Counted from the first letter of the stretch, positions 36,014-46,909 are shown. The stretch is 53,938 nucleotides of DNA from a virus (IMGVR_UViG_3300009514_000034:1-53938), one strand, 5' to 3'. The notes: generated from the letters alone by a model not told the origin. Program-made: numbers and translations.

Positions 36014-36547
36014 ATGTTGGAATTCTTTGTAATCACATCTTTCTGGTGGTGGCTTGTTTCAGGGATATTTTTTATAGCTCTTATATGGGGGTCGTTAAAG
36101 GAAAACGGGATATTCCTTTTCTTCGACATTCTCATATATCTGGTAATTCTTCAATTTATTTTTGGTTCTCCTATATTAAAATCCATTATAGATCACCCCG
36201 TAAAAGCATTTTTATATTTTGTCGGATATTTTGCTGTCGGGACCATTTGGTCATTTTTCAAATGGTATTTGAAGGTTAATAAATATGTTGATAAATATAA
36301 TACTGCAAAGAAGGAATATCAGGAATCTGAAGTTACCATTAAATGGGAAGATTACAGACATAAACCACGAAAACCCCATGCTAAAACCGAAAAGGCAACA
36401 ATATCCTATTGGATCGGTTACTGGCCCGTTTCTGTAATTGTCTTCTTTTTTGAAGATTTCTTCACCAAGATAATTGAAACTATAATGAATATGTTTCAAG
36501 GCATCTATACACGTATAGAAAACAGGGTATATTCTAAATTAGATTAA
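36014..36547 (+). CDS. Membrane protein
   Basis: Several hydrophobic segments; AAGGAG RBS. Confidence 0.7.
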   Translation: MLEFFVITSFWWWLVSGIFFIALIWGSLKENGIFLFFDILIYLVILQFIFGSPILKSIIDHPVKAFLYFVGYFAVGTIWSFFKWYLKVNKYVDKYNTAKKEYQESEVTIKWEDYRHKPRKPHAKTEKATISYWIGYWPVSVIVFFFEDFFTKIIETIMNMFQGIYTRIENRVYSKLD

Positions 36548-36592
36548 CAGTTTAATAAACTTTTAATTGAAAAATATTTTATATTTAACTAT

Positions 36593-37084
36593 ATGGAATA
36601 TTATGCAGGTATTGGTACTCGGAGACGACTTCCCGAACATGTAGCCAAGTTAATGACTTTGACGGCCAGAAAAATGGAATCGCTGAATTATACTCTGCGT
36701 TCCGGGGGATCTGTCGGTAGTGATAAGGCGTTTGAGGAAGGGGTCACCAATCCTGAATTAAAAGAAATTTTCAGACCCAAACATTCCACTCCAGAGTCAA
36801 TCAAGTTAGCTTCCGAACACCATCCGTTTTGGGAACGGTGTGATAATTATGCCAGACAACTTCATGGAAGAAATTCCCAGATTATTCTGGGAAAGTTTTT
36901 AAATGTTCCCGTGAAATTTGTTGTATGCTTCACGCCCGATGGTAAGCACAGTGGCGGGACGGGTCTGGGAATGAATATTGCTCAAGCATATAAGATTCCG
37001 GTATTTAATCTGTACTATCCCTCCGTTAAAAAAAGATTCGAAGAATTTGTCATTGATAATAACGCCAAGGTAGATATGTTTTAG
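36593..37084 (+). CDS. DprA/SLOG-like Rossmann-fold protein
   Basis: YAGIGTR, LRSGGSVGSDKAFE, HGRN and SGGTG...IPVFNL. Confidence 0.75.
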   Translation: MEYYAGIGTRRRLPEHVAKLMTLTARKMESLNYTLRSGGSVGSDKAFEEGVTNPELKEIFRPKHSTPESIKLASEHHPFWERCDNYARQLHGRNSQIILGKFLNVPVKFVVCFTPDGKHSGGTGLGMNIAQAYKIPVFNLYYPSVKKRFEEFVIDNNAKVDMF

Positions 37085-37092
37085 GAGAAATT

Positions 37093-37365
37093 ATGATAAC
37101 ATTTTTAAATATAAATCAGTCGAAAAATGATTGGGAGAATCCCAGAATCAATATGGATCATGTTGTTTCATATAAGTACATTGAAGAAAAAGCTTTTGTA
37201 GGAACTAAGGTAGTGGAAGATAATTCTTGTATAGAATTTGAATTGATTAATGGGAATACCCATAGAATGCTTTTACAGAATCTTGACCCTAAGAAAATTA
37301 TCAAGAGAATTGATAAATTAGTGAAAATCGTTAAGATGGAAATAAAGAATACGGACGCTAAATGA
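37093..37365 (+). CDS. Hypothetical protein
   Basis: 90-aa ORF with an AGGAG RBS. Confidence 0.65.
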   Translation: MITFLNINQSKNDWENPRINMDHVVSYKYIEEKAFVGTKVVEDNSCIEFELINGNTHRMLLQNLDPKKIIKRIDKLVKIVKMEIKNTDAK

Positions 37366-37676
37366 AATCAATAGGAACGGCATACATGCTTATCTCAAAG
37401 TCTAAAAAGATACCCTATAGATTTATTACATCCTTTTCTATACCAGATAAAGGGACAGGAAACCGTAAACATTGGGAATCCATTGGTTTATTAAGGACAC
37501 CAAAAAAAGAATTAGCGGAACATTTGATGAAGGTTTATAAGTCAGATGATCCAGCCTACAAAAAATTCCAGAAAATTAGTTATTGGAACAGACAGCGTAA
37601 GATGGATCTTGTAATAACTATCATGGATCTTAATGACATGATAAGGGAAAATAAGAAAAATGAGTGCCGAAGATGA
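37362..37676 (+). CDS. Hypothetical protein
   Basis: 104-aa ORF with an ATGA overlap. Confidence 0.6.
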   Translation: MKSIGTAYMLISKSKKIPYRFITSFSIPDKGTGNRKHWESIGLLRTPKKELAEHLMKVYKSDDPAYKKFQKISYWNRQRKMDLVITIMDLNDMIRENKKNECRR

Positions 37677-37896
37677 TGTAATTCCCAATTTGGAAGCTGT
37701 AATTAACAAGGAGAATGTTAAGGATAGAAGTAAAGAATGGGCTAAGGAAGCTTTTGAAACGGCATCAGCTATACTAGAAACCATTGGTGAGATGAGGGAA
37801 AATGGTAAAGAACCCACCGAAAAACAGTTAGAAGCATTACATAATATCAATAACGTTGCCAAAAAATGTATTAATTATATCAAGAAGGATAAATAA
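37660..37896 (+). CDS. Hypothetical protein
   Basis: 78-aa ORF within the operon. Confidence 0.6.
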   Translation: MSAEDDVIPNLEAVINKENVKDRSKEWAKEAFETASAILETIGEMRENGKEPTEKQLEALHNINNVAKKCINYIKKDK

Positions 37897-37911
37897 TATA
37901 TTTTCTTTGAT

Positions 37912-38922
37912 GTGCAAGATTTCTATAACACATTAAAAGTAGCGAAGACAGCTTCTCAGGAAGAGATAAAAAAATCGTATAAGAAATTATCTAAGGTTTA
38001 CCATCCTGATAAAAATCCCAATGATTCTGTTGCCGAGGATAAATTCAAGGCCATCGCAGAAGCGTATGATACATTGGGAGATCCAAAGAAAAGAAAAAAA
38101 TACGATGCGAAAATGTCATTTTCATTTGATTTCAACAGGTGGGAAAGTGCGTTTGGGAAGAGTAATACCACCAGTTTCACCAAGCCTGCTAAAAAAGAAC
38201 CTCCGAAGGGAGATGATTTAAAAATAACTATATCCCTTACATTGGAAGAGATATCATCTGGGTTGGATAAATTTGTAAAAGTAAACAAGTACAATGTATG
38301 TAAGATATGTGATGGGATGGGAGCAAAATCATACAAACCTTGCAGGTTATGTCACGGCGAAGGAATGATAAGGAAAATACGAAATGTTAATATTATAAGC
38401 AGGGAAGTGACCATAGTGACATGTACCACCTGTCAAGGTACGGGGATGGAAATAGATGAAGCATGTATTCCCTGTAATGGATTGGGAAGGGTAAAGGAAG
38501 ATGTTAAGATAAAGATTGAAATACCTCCCTTGATGACTAATAACCAATTTATGATAATCAATGGGAAAGGCGATGCTGGAATGAGGGGAGGAAGATGCGG
38601 AAATATTCAGGTATATATAAAGGAATTACCGCATAAAATTTTTAAGCGAGAGGGAAATAATCTTATGTTTACTTCCGATGTAAGCATAACTGATTTGGTT
38701 TTAGGTACTACTGTTACAGTACCAACCCTAGATGGTAAGGTGGAAATGAAAATTCCGGCAGGGTCTCAGCCAGATACTATTTTTAAAATATCAGGTAAAG
38801 GTCTGGCTAATAAGGGAAATTTGTTGGTAGGGACAAATTTAATTATACCCGAAAAGTTGACAGATGACGAAAAAAAGTTGTTTGAAGAACTGCGAAAATT
38901 AGAAAAAGAATTTATATTTTAA
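37912..38922 (+). CDS. dnaJ: DnaJ chaperone
   Basis: J domain with YHPDKN, four CxxCxGxG repeats and a C-terminal VPTLDG...IPAGSQP; GTG start. Confidence 0.92.
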   Translation: MQDFYNTLKVAKTASQEEIKKSYKKLSKVYHPDKNPNDSVAEDKFKAIAEAYDTLGDPKKRKKYDAKMSFSFDFNRWESAFGKSNTTSFTKPAKKEPPKGDDLKITISLTLEEISSGLDKFVKVNKYNVCKICDGMGAKSYKPCRLCHGEGMIRKIRNVNIISREVTIVTCTTCQGTGMEIDEACIPCNGLGRVKEDVKIKIEIPPLMTNNQFMIINGKGDAGMRGGRCGNIQVYIKELPHKIFKREGNNLMFTSDVSITDLVLGTTVTVPTLDGKVEMKIPAGSQPDTIFKISGKGLANKGNLLVGTNLIIPEKLTDDEKKLFEELRKLEKEFIF

Positions 38923-38924
38923 TA

Positions 38925-39164
38925 ATGGAATTGTTGAAATATTATTTAAATAAGGAATTTAAATATACTGTACCGCTATGTATATTTATGTTAGCATCAA
39001 ATTTATGGATATTTGAGAATAACCCAATTCCATTGTGGATAGCACTGCTTCCGATGTATTTCACAATAACAGGAATTGTACTATTTTGTGTATTAGCCGG
39101 AATGACATTAGGATTAGTTATGAGCGGGGTTTTGTTTCTTACATTTATAGGAGTTAAGGTTTAA
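38925..39164 (+). CDS. Small membrane protein
   Basis: 79 aa, largely hydrophobic. Confidence 0.6.
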   Translation: MELLKYYLNKEFKYTVPLCIFMLASNLWIFENNPIPLWIALLPMYFTITGIVLFCVLAGMTLGLVMSGVLFLTFIGVKV

Positions 39165-39166
39165 TT

Positions 39167-39493
39167 ATGGCAACGAAATTAACATTAGAAGACAGGTATT
39201 ATATCAGCATGTATTCAAGGAGATTACCTTGTACGATAGCACTGAGATATAAAATTGATCAATTCTTTGATCAGATTGAAATTACTTCAGAAGAAATCAA
39301 AAAGTTTGATATAAAAATTGATGAAAATTTGAAGTTTACTTGTAATGATGAAAAGTATACCGTGGAATATGAAGAATTCCCGGAAGAAGTTCTCAAGGCA
39401 ATGAAAGCATTTATTGTATTATTTGATCATGAGAAAAATAAAAACAATGAAATGATTCAGAGATCATTCAGTTATTTCAAACAAATAATTTAA
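39167..39493 (+). CDS. Hypothetical protein
   Basis: 108-aa ORF within the operon. Confidence 0.65.
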   Translation: MATKLTLEDRYYISMYSRRLPCTIALRYKIDQFFDQIEITSEEIKKFDIKIDENLKFTCNDEKYTVEYEEFPEEVLKAMKAFIVLFDHEKNKNNEMIQRSFSYFKQII

Positions 39494-40164
39494 TGGAAGA
39501 TAAAGAGTTTATTTGCGTATGGAATGATTCGCTGAAGGATTCGATAAAAGAGTTTACAAAAGAATTCAGAGAAATAACTTCAGAGGATGATAAGGAGGGA
39601 ATATATACATTCTTCTTTTCTCGGTTTTCTCTGGAAGAACACAAGTTAGTAACAGACGTTCTTTATTCGTTTATTTTCCAGAACACATTTTTATTCTTAT
39701 GGCCTTATTCAAATTCAATGGTTTTGGATTTAGATGATATGCTCAACGTAACGGATGGCATTAATGCCCATGTGGATAATAATATAATGGGGGAAATTTG
39801 TGAAACGCCCAATATTGATTACATAGGGGATATAGTTTCTTCCAGAGGACACGGATTTGGGGTATTTACTTTAAATGAAATGAGTGGAAAAATTCTGGGA
39901 ATCCAGTTATACGAAGAAATATTTGAAAATCATGTGATCGATATGGAAGATGTGATTGTTTCTAATGATGATATAATTGAAGTATCTCTGGAATATTTAA
40001 ACTACAAGATAGAGAATTTACAGGAAATAGTTGATAAATCAATTGATGAGGATGAAGCTGACCCAAGGTTAGTGGAAAATCCTTATGCCGACAGGTTTTA
40101 TGATAAGGACGATGCACCCCAACCACTTAATACAAAAAGGATGCTGGGTGACAGTAACATATAA
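39493..40164 (+). CDS. Hypothetical acidic protein
   Basis: 223-aa ORF with a TAATG overlap. Confidence 0.65.
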   Translation: MEDKEFICVWNDSLKDSIKEFTKEFREITSEDDKEGIYTFFFSRFSLEEHKLVTDVLYSFIFQNTFLFLWPYSNSMVLDLDDMLNVTDGINAHVDNNIMGEICETPNIDYIGDIVSSRGHGFGVFTLNEMSGKILGIQLYEEIFENHVIDMEDVIVSNDDIIEVSLEYLNYKIENLQEIVDKSIDEDEADPRLVENPYADRFYDKDDAPQPLNTKRMLGDSNI

Positions 40165-40166
40165 TT

Positions 40167-40934
40167 ATGCAAGTAGGGATATTCATACCCGTATATTTCA
40201 GGGAAGAACTGGTAAAAAAATGCCTTATCTCTTTGATGCGCAGCAACTTTGATGAAATATCTGTATTTCTTTGTATAGGGATTAACGGAGCTTCAAAAGA
40301 TTTCAAACAAAATTTCTTGAGAGAGTACATCAAAAGATGTGATGATTATAGTATATTTGAATTTATCAAGGTCTTTGATTTTAATCAGAATATAGGAAAA
40401 CCGAAAATGGTAAATACCATGACGGTAGAATGTCCTGATTTCGATTACATGGTAAGCATGGATTCTGATATGCAAGTTGTAGATCCTCACTGGTTACCGA
40501 AATTTCTGGATGTTTTTTATACATACAGTACTAAATACAGGACTGAAGAACTGGGGGCTTTATGTGCAAATCAAGTAGGACAGAATGTTCATCTGACTGA
40601 CAAACTGGAAAAGTTATCCAGAAAAGTAAACAAACAATATACTATAACAACCACACATAATAATGAAGGTGTGGCTGGTGGTGTTTTAATAGTACCACTG
40701 GAGCTATGGAAAAAAATAGGGGGATATTCCGGGGTAAATATATTTGGAGCTGATGACGGACCTTTTATGTATTCTTGTCATCAACTTAAAAAAATAGTTG
40801 CTTATGTAGAAGAAATTAATTTTTATCACCCTCCAAGTCCTGATGACGATTATCATAAATGGAAAGTTAAATCATGTAAAAATGAATTAGATGATAAGGA
40901 ATCTGGTTTTTTTGAAAATCTCAGGGGTAAATGA
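40167..40934 (+). CDS. Glycosyltransferase family 2
   Basis: IFIPVYFR, NIGKP, SMDSD and IGGY...FGADD. Confidence 0.8.
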   Translation: MQVGIFIPVYFREELVKKCLISLMRSNFDEISVFLCIGINGASKDFKQNFLREYIKRCDDYSIFEFIKVFDFNQNIGKPKMVNTMTVECPDFDYMVSMDSDMQVVDPHWLPKFLDVFYTYSTKYRTEELGALCANQVGQNVHLTDKLEKLSRKVNKQYTITTTHNNEGVAGGVLIVPLELWKKIGGYSGVNIFGADDGPFMYSCHQLKKIVAYVEEINFYHPPSPDDDYHKWKVKSCKNELDDKESGFFENLRGK

Positions 40935-41713
40935 AAATATACAAGTTTAATGATGTATTCTCTCATATAGAGATAACACTGAGGGAATTATACGAAAACG
41001 ATCCTGCGTATGAAAACGTTTTATTTGTGTTGGGATATAATGTATTACCTAATCTGAGAAAAATAAGAGAGAAGTATCCCAGTTTTAAAATAATTATTTA
41101 TCAACTGGAACAATTGTTTAAACATAATAAAACGTGGGTAAATAAAAGATGTTATGATGTTTTAAAGGCTGCTGACGAGATATGGGATTATGATGAGGGA
41201 AATATTCAGTGGATGAAACAGAATTATAAATTGAAAGCCAAATTAAAACCTCTGGTATATACTGAAGCACTTAAAGTAATCCCCACCGCAGTGGAATCTA
41301 AATGTGATATAGATATATTGATGTATGGATACTTAAATGAAAGACGAGCGAGATTATTGATAAGTATGCATCATGATGCAGCAACGAAACATAAAATTTT
41401 TGATTTGTACGGAATATGGGGAAAAGATTTAGATGAATACATTAAACGTAGTAAAATTATACTGAATGTACATGGACACGAACAGGCTAGACAGGAACAA
41501 CCCAGAATGTATTATCCTGCTATAAACGGGAGATGTGTTTTAAGTGAGGTCAGCGATATTAATTACATGGGAGATTCCATAATACAAGTTCCTTATGGAG
41601 AATTATTAAAAAAGTCTATGGATCTATTGAAATCTGGTGAATGGTTAGATATTGCTTACCAAGCAAGCGATAGGTACAAAAAAGAGTCCGAAAAATATAA
41701 TGTCTTAGTATAA
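40931..41713 (+). CDS. Putative GT-B-type glycosyltransferase-like protein
   Basis: EIWDY, DIDILMYGYLNERR and RSKIILNVH...QPRM...CVLSE. Confidence 0.6.
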   Translation: MKIYKFNDVFSHIEITLRELYENDPAYENVLFVLGYNVLPNLRKIREKYPSFKIIIYQLEQLFKHNKTWVNKRCYDVLKAADEIWDYDEGNIQWMKQNYKLKAKLKPLVYTEALKVIPTAVESKCDIDILMYGYLNERRARLLISMHHDAATKHKIFDLYGIWGKDLDEYIKRSKIILNVHGHEQARQEQPRMYYPAINGRCVLSEVSDINYMGDSIIQVPYGELLKKSMDLLKSGEWLDIAYQASDRYKKESEKYNVLV

Positions 41714-41740
41714 ACTATAAAAAACATAGTTTGTACATAT

Positions 41741-42469
41741 ATGGCGTTAGCAATAGAAATATTTCCTACAAATGGAAGAATAGGCGATTTAGTTGAAATA
41801 ACAGCGACTACCGGAAGTTTTACATTTCCCGAATTTAACAGGAATGTGGTTACTTTCAATGGCCTTAACATTGATATTATTGCAAGGATTGTCCGTTCAG
41901 ATACTTTAACAAGTCTTTTGGTCATTGTTCCGCCTGATGCGATTACAGGGGATGTAATTGTAGAAACTCTTGAAGATGAATCTGCAACTGCTTCTTTTGA
42001 AGTTTTATATGAAGATGAGGTATTTGAACGTGAAGATATTCCCTTTGATAAAGCTGTAATTAACGATAAGGTTAAAAGTGTTGGGACATCTGAATTTAAT
42101 ACCCCTGCATATAATAAAGATTTATCCTACAGCAATTTTGTCGAAGTTTTTGATGAAAACAGTTTACTTCAAAATGTGTATTCAATCATATTGACTCAAA
42201 GGGGAGAGAGGATGTTTTCAAATTTTGGTACTAATATCGATCAGAAATTATTTAATATAGGAGATGAGTTAACCTTTAAATCAGAATTATTGGCTGAGAT
42301 AGTACCTGCGATTAGACTTTATGAACCCCGAGTAACAGTTGTAGAAGAAGGTACGTTTGTTATTCTAGAAAACAATAATGTAAATATAATACTTTCTTTA
42401 CAGATGCCCAGAGGTAACGTAAAAGAACTGGGGATCACGTTAAAATCTGTTACTAATCTTGATAGATGA
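41741..42469 (+). CDS. gp25: Baseplate wedge gp25-like protein with an N-terminal IPT/TIG-like domain
   Basis: IILTQRGERMFSNFGT...IRLYEPRV; N-terminal PTNGRIGDLVEI...VTFNG...VIVPPDAITGDV; TATAAACT at 41709-41716. Confidence 0.8.
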   Translation: MALAIEIFPTNGRIGDLVEITATTGSFTFPEFNRNVVTFNGLNIDIIARIVRSDTLTSLLVIVPPDAITGDVIVETLEDESATASFEVLYEDEVFEREDIPFDKAVINDKVKSVGTSEFNTPAYNKDLSYSNFVEVFDENSLLQNVYSIILTQRGERMFSNFGTNIDQKLFNIGDELTFKSELLAEIVPAIRLYEPRVTVVEEGTFVILENNNVNIILSLQMPRGNVKELGITLKSVTNLDR

Positions 42470-43389
42470 TAATACACAAAATATCCGATACTGAAGAACT
42501 GGTATATACGGACAATAGAACTATAGACTTCAATTCTGTTATTTCGGAATTAAAATATTCCAGTGGTGGCGGAAGTTTGAATAGTGATGTTACCCCCAGT
42601 TACGCTTTTTCTTATACCCCTGAAGGATACGGTAAGTCCGTGGTAACTACGAAGTTGGAAAGGGGAGGAAAGAAAACTTACATATTGGATAACACGATTT
42701 CTTTTAATTTCAGTAATGTAGGTAATTTTTTAAGGGAGCTTAATTATTTCGGAAAGAAAGCTGTATTGAATTTTAAGGGAAATGATTTTGGTGGGAATTT
42801 TTTAACACACAAAGAAAGTTCCATCAGGAATTCTCACGGGAATATAATAACTTTTAAGAAAACTACCGTTAAGGGAAACACTAAAGGAATTCATAATTTT
42901 ATACATCGCATGAAAATGGACAACGGGCAGATGTTAATTCCCATCATCAAAAGGTATTTTAATACAATCCTTCTTCTCAAATCAAGTAAACATAGACTTA
43001 CTGGATATGCCAATTTAGAAGATTATCTCAGCTTTATCAGAAGCCCATCTAAGGAAATACTGGATGGGTTCAGTGAAACCCTTAATGATGCTGATTTTTC
43101 CATTGAAATAAATCCCAATGCTCCCGAGATAAAATTAAAAGCACAGGGGGTCAGGGACGATACATTGATGGTTGAATTGTTTGCGAATGGCGATTTAAAG
43201 ACCGCTGATACACCGGATACGTCCACCCCATATATATTTTTGACCACAAAACCAATAAAACTTTTAAATCAGGAATTTCCCTACATTATATCCCGCCAGA
43301 AAAATATACCCATTTTTATCAGTCCGATGTTGCTTACATCTAAAAAAATGATAGAAAATCTTAAAGGTGGGATCAATTTACTGAAATAA
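42466..43389 (+). CDS. Hypothetical protein
   Basis: 307-aa ORF coupled to the gp25-like gene. Confidence 0.65.
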   Translation: MIIHKISDTEELVYTDNRTIDFNSVISELKYSSGGGSLNSDVTPSYAFSYTPEGYGKSVVTTKLERGGKKTYILDNTISFNFSNVGNFLRELNYFGKKAVLNFKGNDFGGNFLTHKESSIRNSHGNIITFKKTTVKGNTKGIHNFIHRMKMDNGQMLIPIIKRYFNTILLLKSSKHRLTGYANLEDYLSFIRSPSKEILDGFSETLNDADFSIEINPNAPEIKLKAQGVRDDTLMVELFANGDLKTADTPDTSTPYIFLTTKPIKLLNQEFPYIISRQKNIPIFISPMLLTSKKMIENLKGGINLLK

Positions 43390-43494
43390 CACTTTTATAA
43401 AAGTTTAATACAAATTTTTTTGAAATAACACTACCCCCTTTTGGGAATAATAATTTAAATTTTATTAAACTATTATATTTTCAAGAGGATATTT

Positions 43495-44742
43495 ATGGCT
43501 GCTAAAAAGAAAACCCCCACAAAAAAGAAAAATTTTGATTTTTTTAATAACCTAGAAACGGGAAATAAGATAGCAGATGGTAATGTCAAAATAGAAACCA
43601 AAGAATTCATTGATACGGAGTCATATTCGTTCAATGCTGTTTTATCTGGGGATATGACAAAAGGATTTCCCAGTAATCGTATTTTGATGGCTGCTGGGGC
43701 TGAATCGGTGGGTAAAAGTTTCATTGCCATGTATAATTTTTGTAAACCCCTTATAGAACGTGGATATTTCATATTTTTTATTGATTCAGAATCCAGTATG
43801 ACAGAAGAAGGAATTGAAGAATTTGGCATTCCTAAAGGTCAGTATAAATTAATTCCTCAAGATGTTATTGAGAATTTGAGACTTGAAGTTAACAGAATAC
43901 TCAATCAAATTGAAGAAAAGCGTGGAAGAAAGAATATTAATGATGACGATTTTAAATGTGCTTTTGTATTGGATTCTCAGGGACAGCTTGATACTATGAA
44001 AAGCCGTTCCGATGCGGATAAGGGAAAAACCACAACGGATCTTACTTTCCAGAAAGAGTTGAAGAAATTTTATAAAACAGTAACTACAAGAATGGGAATA
44101 TTAAATATTCCATTTTTTGTTACTAATCACATATATAAAGATAATATGTCTATCTTTCCCAAGACCGTGGTTTCCGGGGGACAGGGAGGTCTTTACGCTT
44201 CTTCCATTATCTGTCATTTCAGAAAAAAGGAATTTAAGGAAGGATCTGTTAGAACAGGAACTATCTTAACAGGAAAAATCTACAAAAGTAGATTTTGCAA
44301 GGAAAAGATTGAAGCTTCCATGTATCTTAATTTTGAAAAGGGATTCAATAAATGGTATGGTATACATGAATTTGCACTGGAAGCTGATTTAATTGAAAAG
44401 ATGGCTAAGAGTCAAACAGCGATCAAGGCATATGAGAAAAAGGGATATAAATTACCTGAAGGGTTTTCTGATGGTGGTTATATTCTTATCAAAGATCCTA
44501 AAAAAGAAGAAAAGGATTGGCTCATTATTAAAGAAAACAGTATCCATAAAGAAAGTGCCATCGGAACTATTTTTGATGAAATTAATGAATGGGTTAAAGA
44601 TAATTTTAAACTAACCCGTCCCGTTGATTTTTCATATGAAGAGGAAGAAGAAGATTTGGAAAAGGTAATTACAGGGGATGTTACCGAAGAAACTTCTGAA
44701 GAAGATATTGATATGTCTACTGGTTCTGTTATGAATCATTGA
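43495..44742 (+). CDS. uvsX: UvsX RecA-like recombinase
   Basis: FIDTES..FNAVLSG, GAESVGKS, FIDSES, VLDSQG, VTNHIY and SGGQG. Confidence 0.9.
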   Translation: MAAKKKTPTKKKNFDFFNNLETGNKIADGNVKIETKEFIDTESYSFNAVLSGDMTKGFPSNRILMAAGAESVGKSFIAMYNFCKPLIERGYFIFFIDSESSMTEEGIEEFGIPKGQYKLIPQDVIENLRLEVNRILNQIEEKRGRKNINDDDFKCAFVLDSQGQLDTMKSRSDADKGKTTTDLTFQKELKKFYKTVTTRMGILNIPFFVTNHIYKDNMSIFPKTVVSGGQGGLYASSIICHFRKKEFKEGSVRTGTILTGKIYKSRFCKEKIEASMYLNFEKGFNKWYGIHEFALEADLIEKMAKSQTAIKAYEKKGYKLPEGFSDGGYILIKDPKKEEKDWLIIKENSIHKESAIGTIFDEINEWVKDNFKLTRPVDFSYEEEEEDLEKVITGDVTEETSEEDIDMSTGSVMNH

Positions 44743-44794
44743 ATAAATATTGAAATATAAAATTGAATAATATTCTCCAGTATTATTCATAAAT

Positions 44795-44826
44795 AAAAAG
44801 CAGTGTTAAATTAACACTGCTTTTTT
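44795..44826. terminator. Probable bidirectional intrinsic terminator
   Basis: AAAAAGCAGTGTTAA-A-TTAACACTGCTTTTTT. Confidence 0.8.
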
Positions 44827-44865
44827 CATGTATATATTTTATATTTATACTGGAGAATATTATTT

Positions 44866-46524
44866 ATGACAACAGATACGCCAACGCTTTCAAGAGCAGA
44901 GATAGCGCAACAAAGACTTAAGGGTAATGTTCTGCCCCAAGAACAAACCCAAAATATTTCCAGAGAAGAACTTGTAATAAGAAGGATCATGGATGATCCT
45001 GTTATCCAAAACAAATCACTGCCTTATCTGGACCAGAAATTATTTTCGGAAACTGCACATAAGGACATATGCAATGCCATATTAGAATGTCATGATAAAT
45101 TCAAAAGGTTTCCCCAGCCCCAAGATTTAAAGGTAGTACTGGGCGATAATTCTATTGAACGGAACAGGTTCTTAAAAATAATGAATTATAAAGTTGATGA
45201 TATTGATAGCGATATTGCCATCAATGTAATTGAGACATTTTTTAAAGAAAAGATGACTGAAAAAGTGTTGATCAATGCTGCTGATTATATCAATAACAGA
45301 GATTTTAAAAACATTGGCGGGATAATTAAAGATCTGGAAGATTCTGTAAATTTCTCTCTGCATATGGATATTGGATTGAATCTGGTTAAGGATACAGAAG
45401 AAGCACTCAGAAGATTGAATGAAACCTATAAGCCAATTCCGTCTGCATTGGAAGAATTAAATATGTGGACTTCCGGTGATAATTTGTCAGGGGGATATTA
45501 TCCCAAGGCCCTGACAGTATTTAATGGTATGCCTAATGTTGGTAAAACTAACGTGTTATGCAATGAAGCAGCTTTTGCATATACCAGTGGTTATAATGTT
45601 CTATACGTGACGCTGGAGATGGCGGAAGAACTTATATGGGAAAAAATAGCATGTAACATTACAAACATCCCTATCTATAAAATAAGAAAAGAATCCAAGG
45701 GAAATATTGAAGATTTGTTACGAAAGAACAAAGAAAAAGGTGCCAATAAATGCGGAAATTTGGATGTTAGACAGCTCCCATCTACGACTACTACTGTTGA
45801 ATTAGAAGCGTTAATTAATGAAATAAAAATTGCACAGGGCTATGATGTTGATATTATATTTGTTGATTATATAGGTAAAATGAAAGCAGCCAAGAGACAG
45901 GGTGCTGCTAAGGTTGATAGCTTATATACTCAAGGTACTGCGGTTGCTGAACAATTAAGAGACCTAGCGATAAAGTATACAATTCCCGTGGTTACGGCTT
46001 CTCAGGTGAATCGTGAAGGTTATACTAACATACATTCAAATATGTCCAATACTGCCAATAGTGCCGGGGTCAATGACACGGCTGATTTAATGATTACTAT
46101 AACTCAAGATCCCTACCTGAAAAAATACCACATGTATCTACATACGATTATAAAAAGCAGATTTGGTCCCAATGATCAGTTGTTTTTATCCTCAATTGAT
46201 TGGGCGCATATGCGTGTAAGATCTGCAAGTACTGAACAGGTTGACCAGTACAAGTCTGCCATGATAGAACAAAATCTGGAAGTCAGTGGGTTCAACAGAG
46301 AAAGTACAGATCATGGCAACATGGACAAACCACCCGAAGAATCCAAGGAAGAAAAAGAAAAAAACCGAATAAGTTCGTTCAAGGATCAATATATTAATGA
46401 AGATACGGGGGAAGAAAAAAATATATTAGAGGAGGATATTCCCGGTGACGATGAAGTCACTAGACGTAAGCAAGAAATGGCTAAACGCAGAGAAGAAAGG
46501 GAAAAAAGGAAAAATAGAGATTAA
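44866..46524 (+). CDS. gp41: Replicative DnaB-like helicase (T4 gp41)
   Basis: GMPNVGKT, NVLYVTLEMAEE, IFVDYI, TASQVNREG and TADLM. Confidence 0.9.
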   Translation: MTTDTPTLSRAEIAQQRLKGNVLPQEQTQNISREELVIRRIMDDPVIQNKSLPYLDQKLFSETAHKDICNAILECHDKFKRFPQPQDLKVVLGDNSIERNRFLKIMNYKVDDIDSDIAINVIETFFKEKMTEKVLINAADYINNRDFKNIGGIIKDLEDSVNFSLHMDIGLNLVKDTEEALRRLNETYKPIPSALEELNMWTSGDNLSGGYYPKALTVFNGMPNVGKTNVLCNEAAFAYTSGYNVLYVTLEMAEELIWEKIACNITNIPIYKIRKESKGNIEDLLRKNKEKGANKCGNLDVRQLPSTTTTVELEALINEIKIAQGYDVDIIFVDYIGKMKAAKRQGAAKVDSLYTQGTAVAEQLRDLAIKYTIPVVTASQVNREGYTNIHSNMSNTANSAGVNDTADLMITITQDPYLKKYHMYLHTIIKSRFGPNDQLFLSSIDWAHMRVRSASTEQVDQYKSAMIEQNLEVSGFNRESTDHGNMDKPPEESKEEKEKNRISSFKDQYINEDTGEEKNILEEDIPGDDEVTRRKQEMAKRREEREKRKNRD

Positions 46525-46525
46525 T

Positions 46526-46882
46526 ATGGCATTCAAAAATAATTTTATAGATGACATGAATAAGAAATTGAGTGAAAAAAGAACACCCGATGATATTCAA
46601 ACCACACTAAATATCCCCGAACATAAATTTAAAAAAGTTCATGAAAAATTTAATTACGCATTGAAGGCAGTCTATGACGAAAATAAAGAATCTGACATTA
46701 AGATGTTTCATATCATACTTTCTCTCCAGAATTATTTTGACATGAACTGGCTAGTGGATACCATATTAGACGAAGAAAATAAGAAAATTATACAGGACGA
46801 AATGAATATTGAGTATAACATACCAACCAAAAAGAGAAAGAGAAAGAAAAAGAGAAAGAAAAAGAAGGAACCCGAAGTATAA
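46526..46882 (+). CDS. Hypothetical protein (possibly a gp33-like late co-activator)
   Basis: The likely start is MAFKNNF at 46526; helical core loosely like gp33; basic tail. Confidence 0.5.
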   Translation: MAFKNNFIDDMNKKLSEKRTPDDIQTTLNIPEHKFKKVHEKFNYALKAVYDENKESDIKMFHIILSLQNYFDMNWLVDTILDEENKKIIQDEMNIEYNIPTKKRKRKKKRKKKKEPEV

Positions 46883-46909
46883 ACTATGATGCATGTCTAG
46901 GGGGTTTTT

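Noticed and set aside
37912-38922. dnaJ as evidence of host chromosomal DNA or a prophage boundary
   Set aside because: It is embedded in a phage-like operon with the same composition, and chaperone genes are known in large phages.
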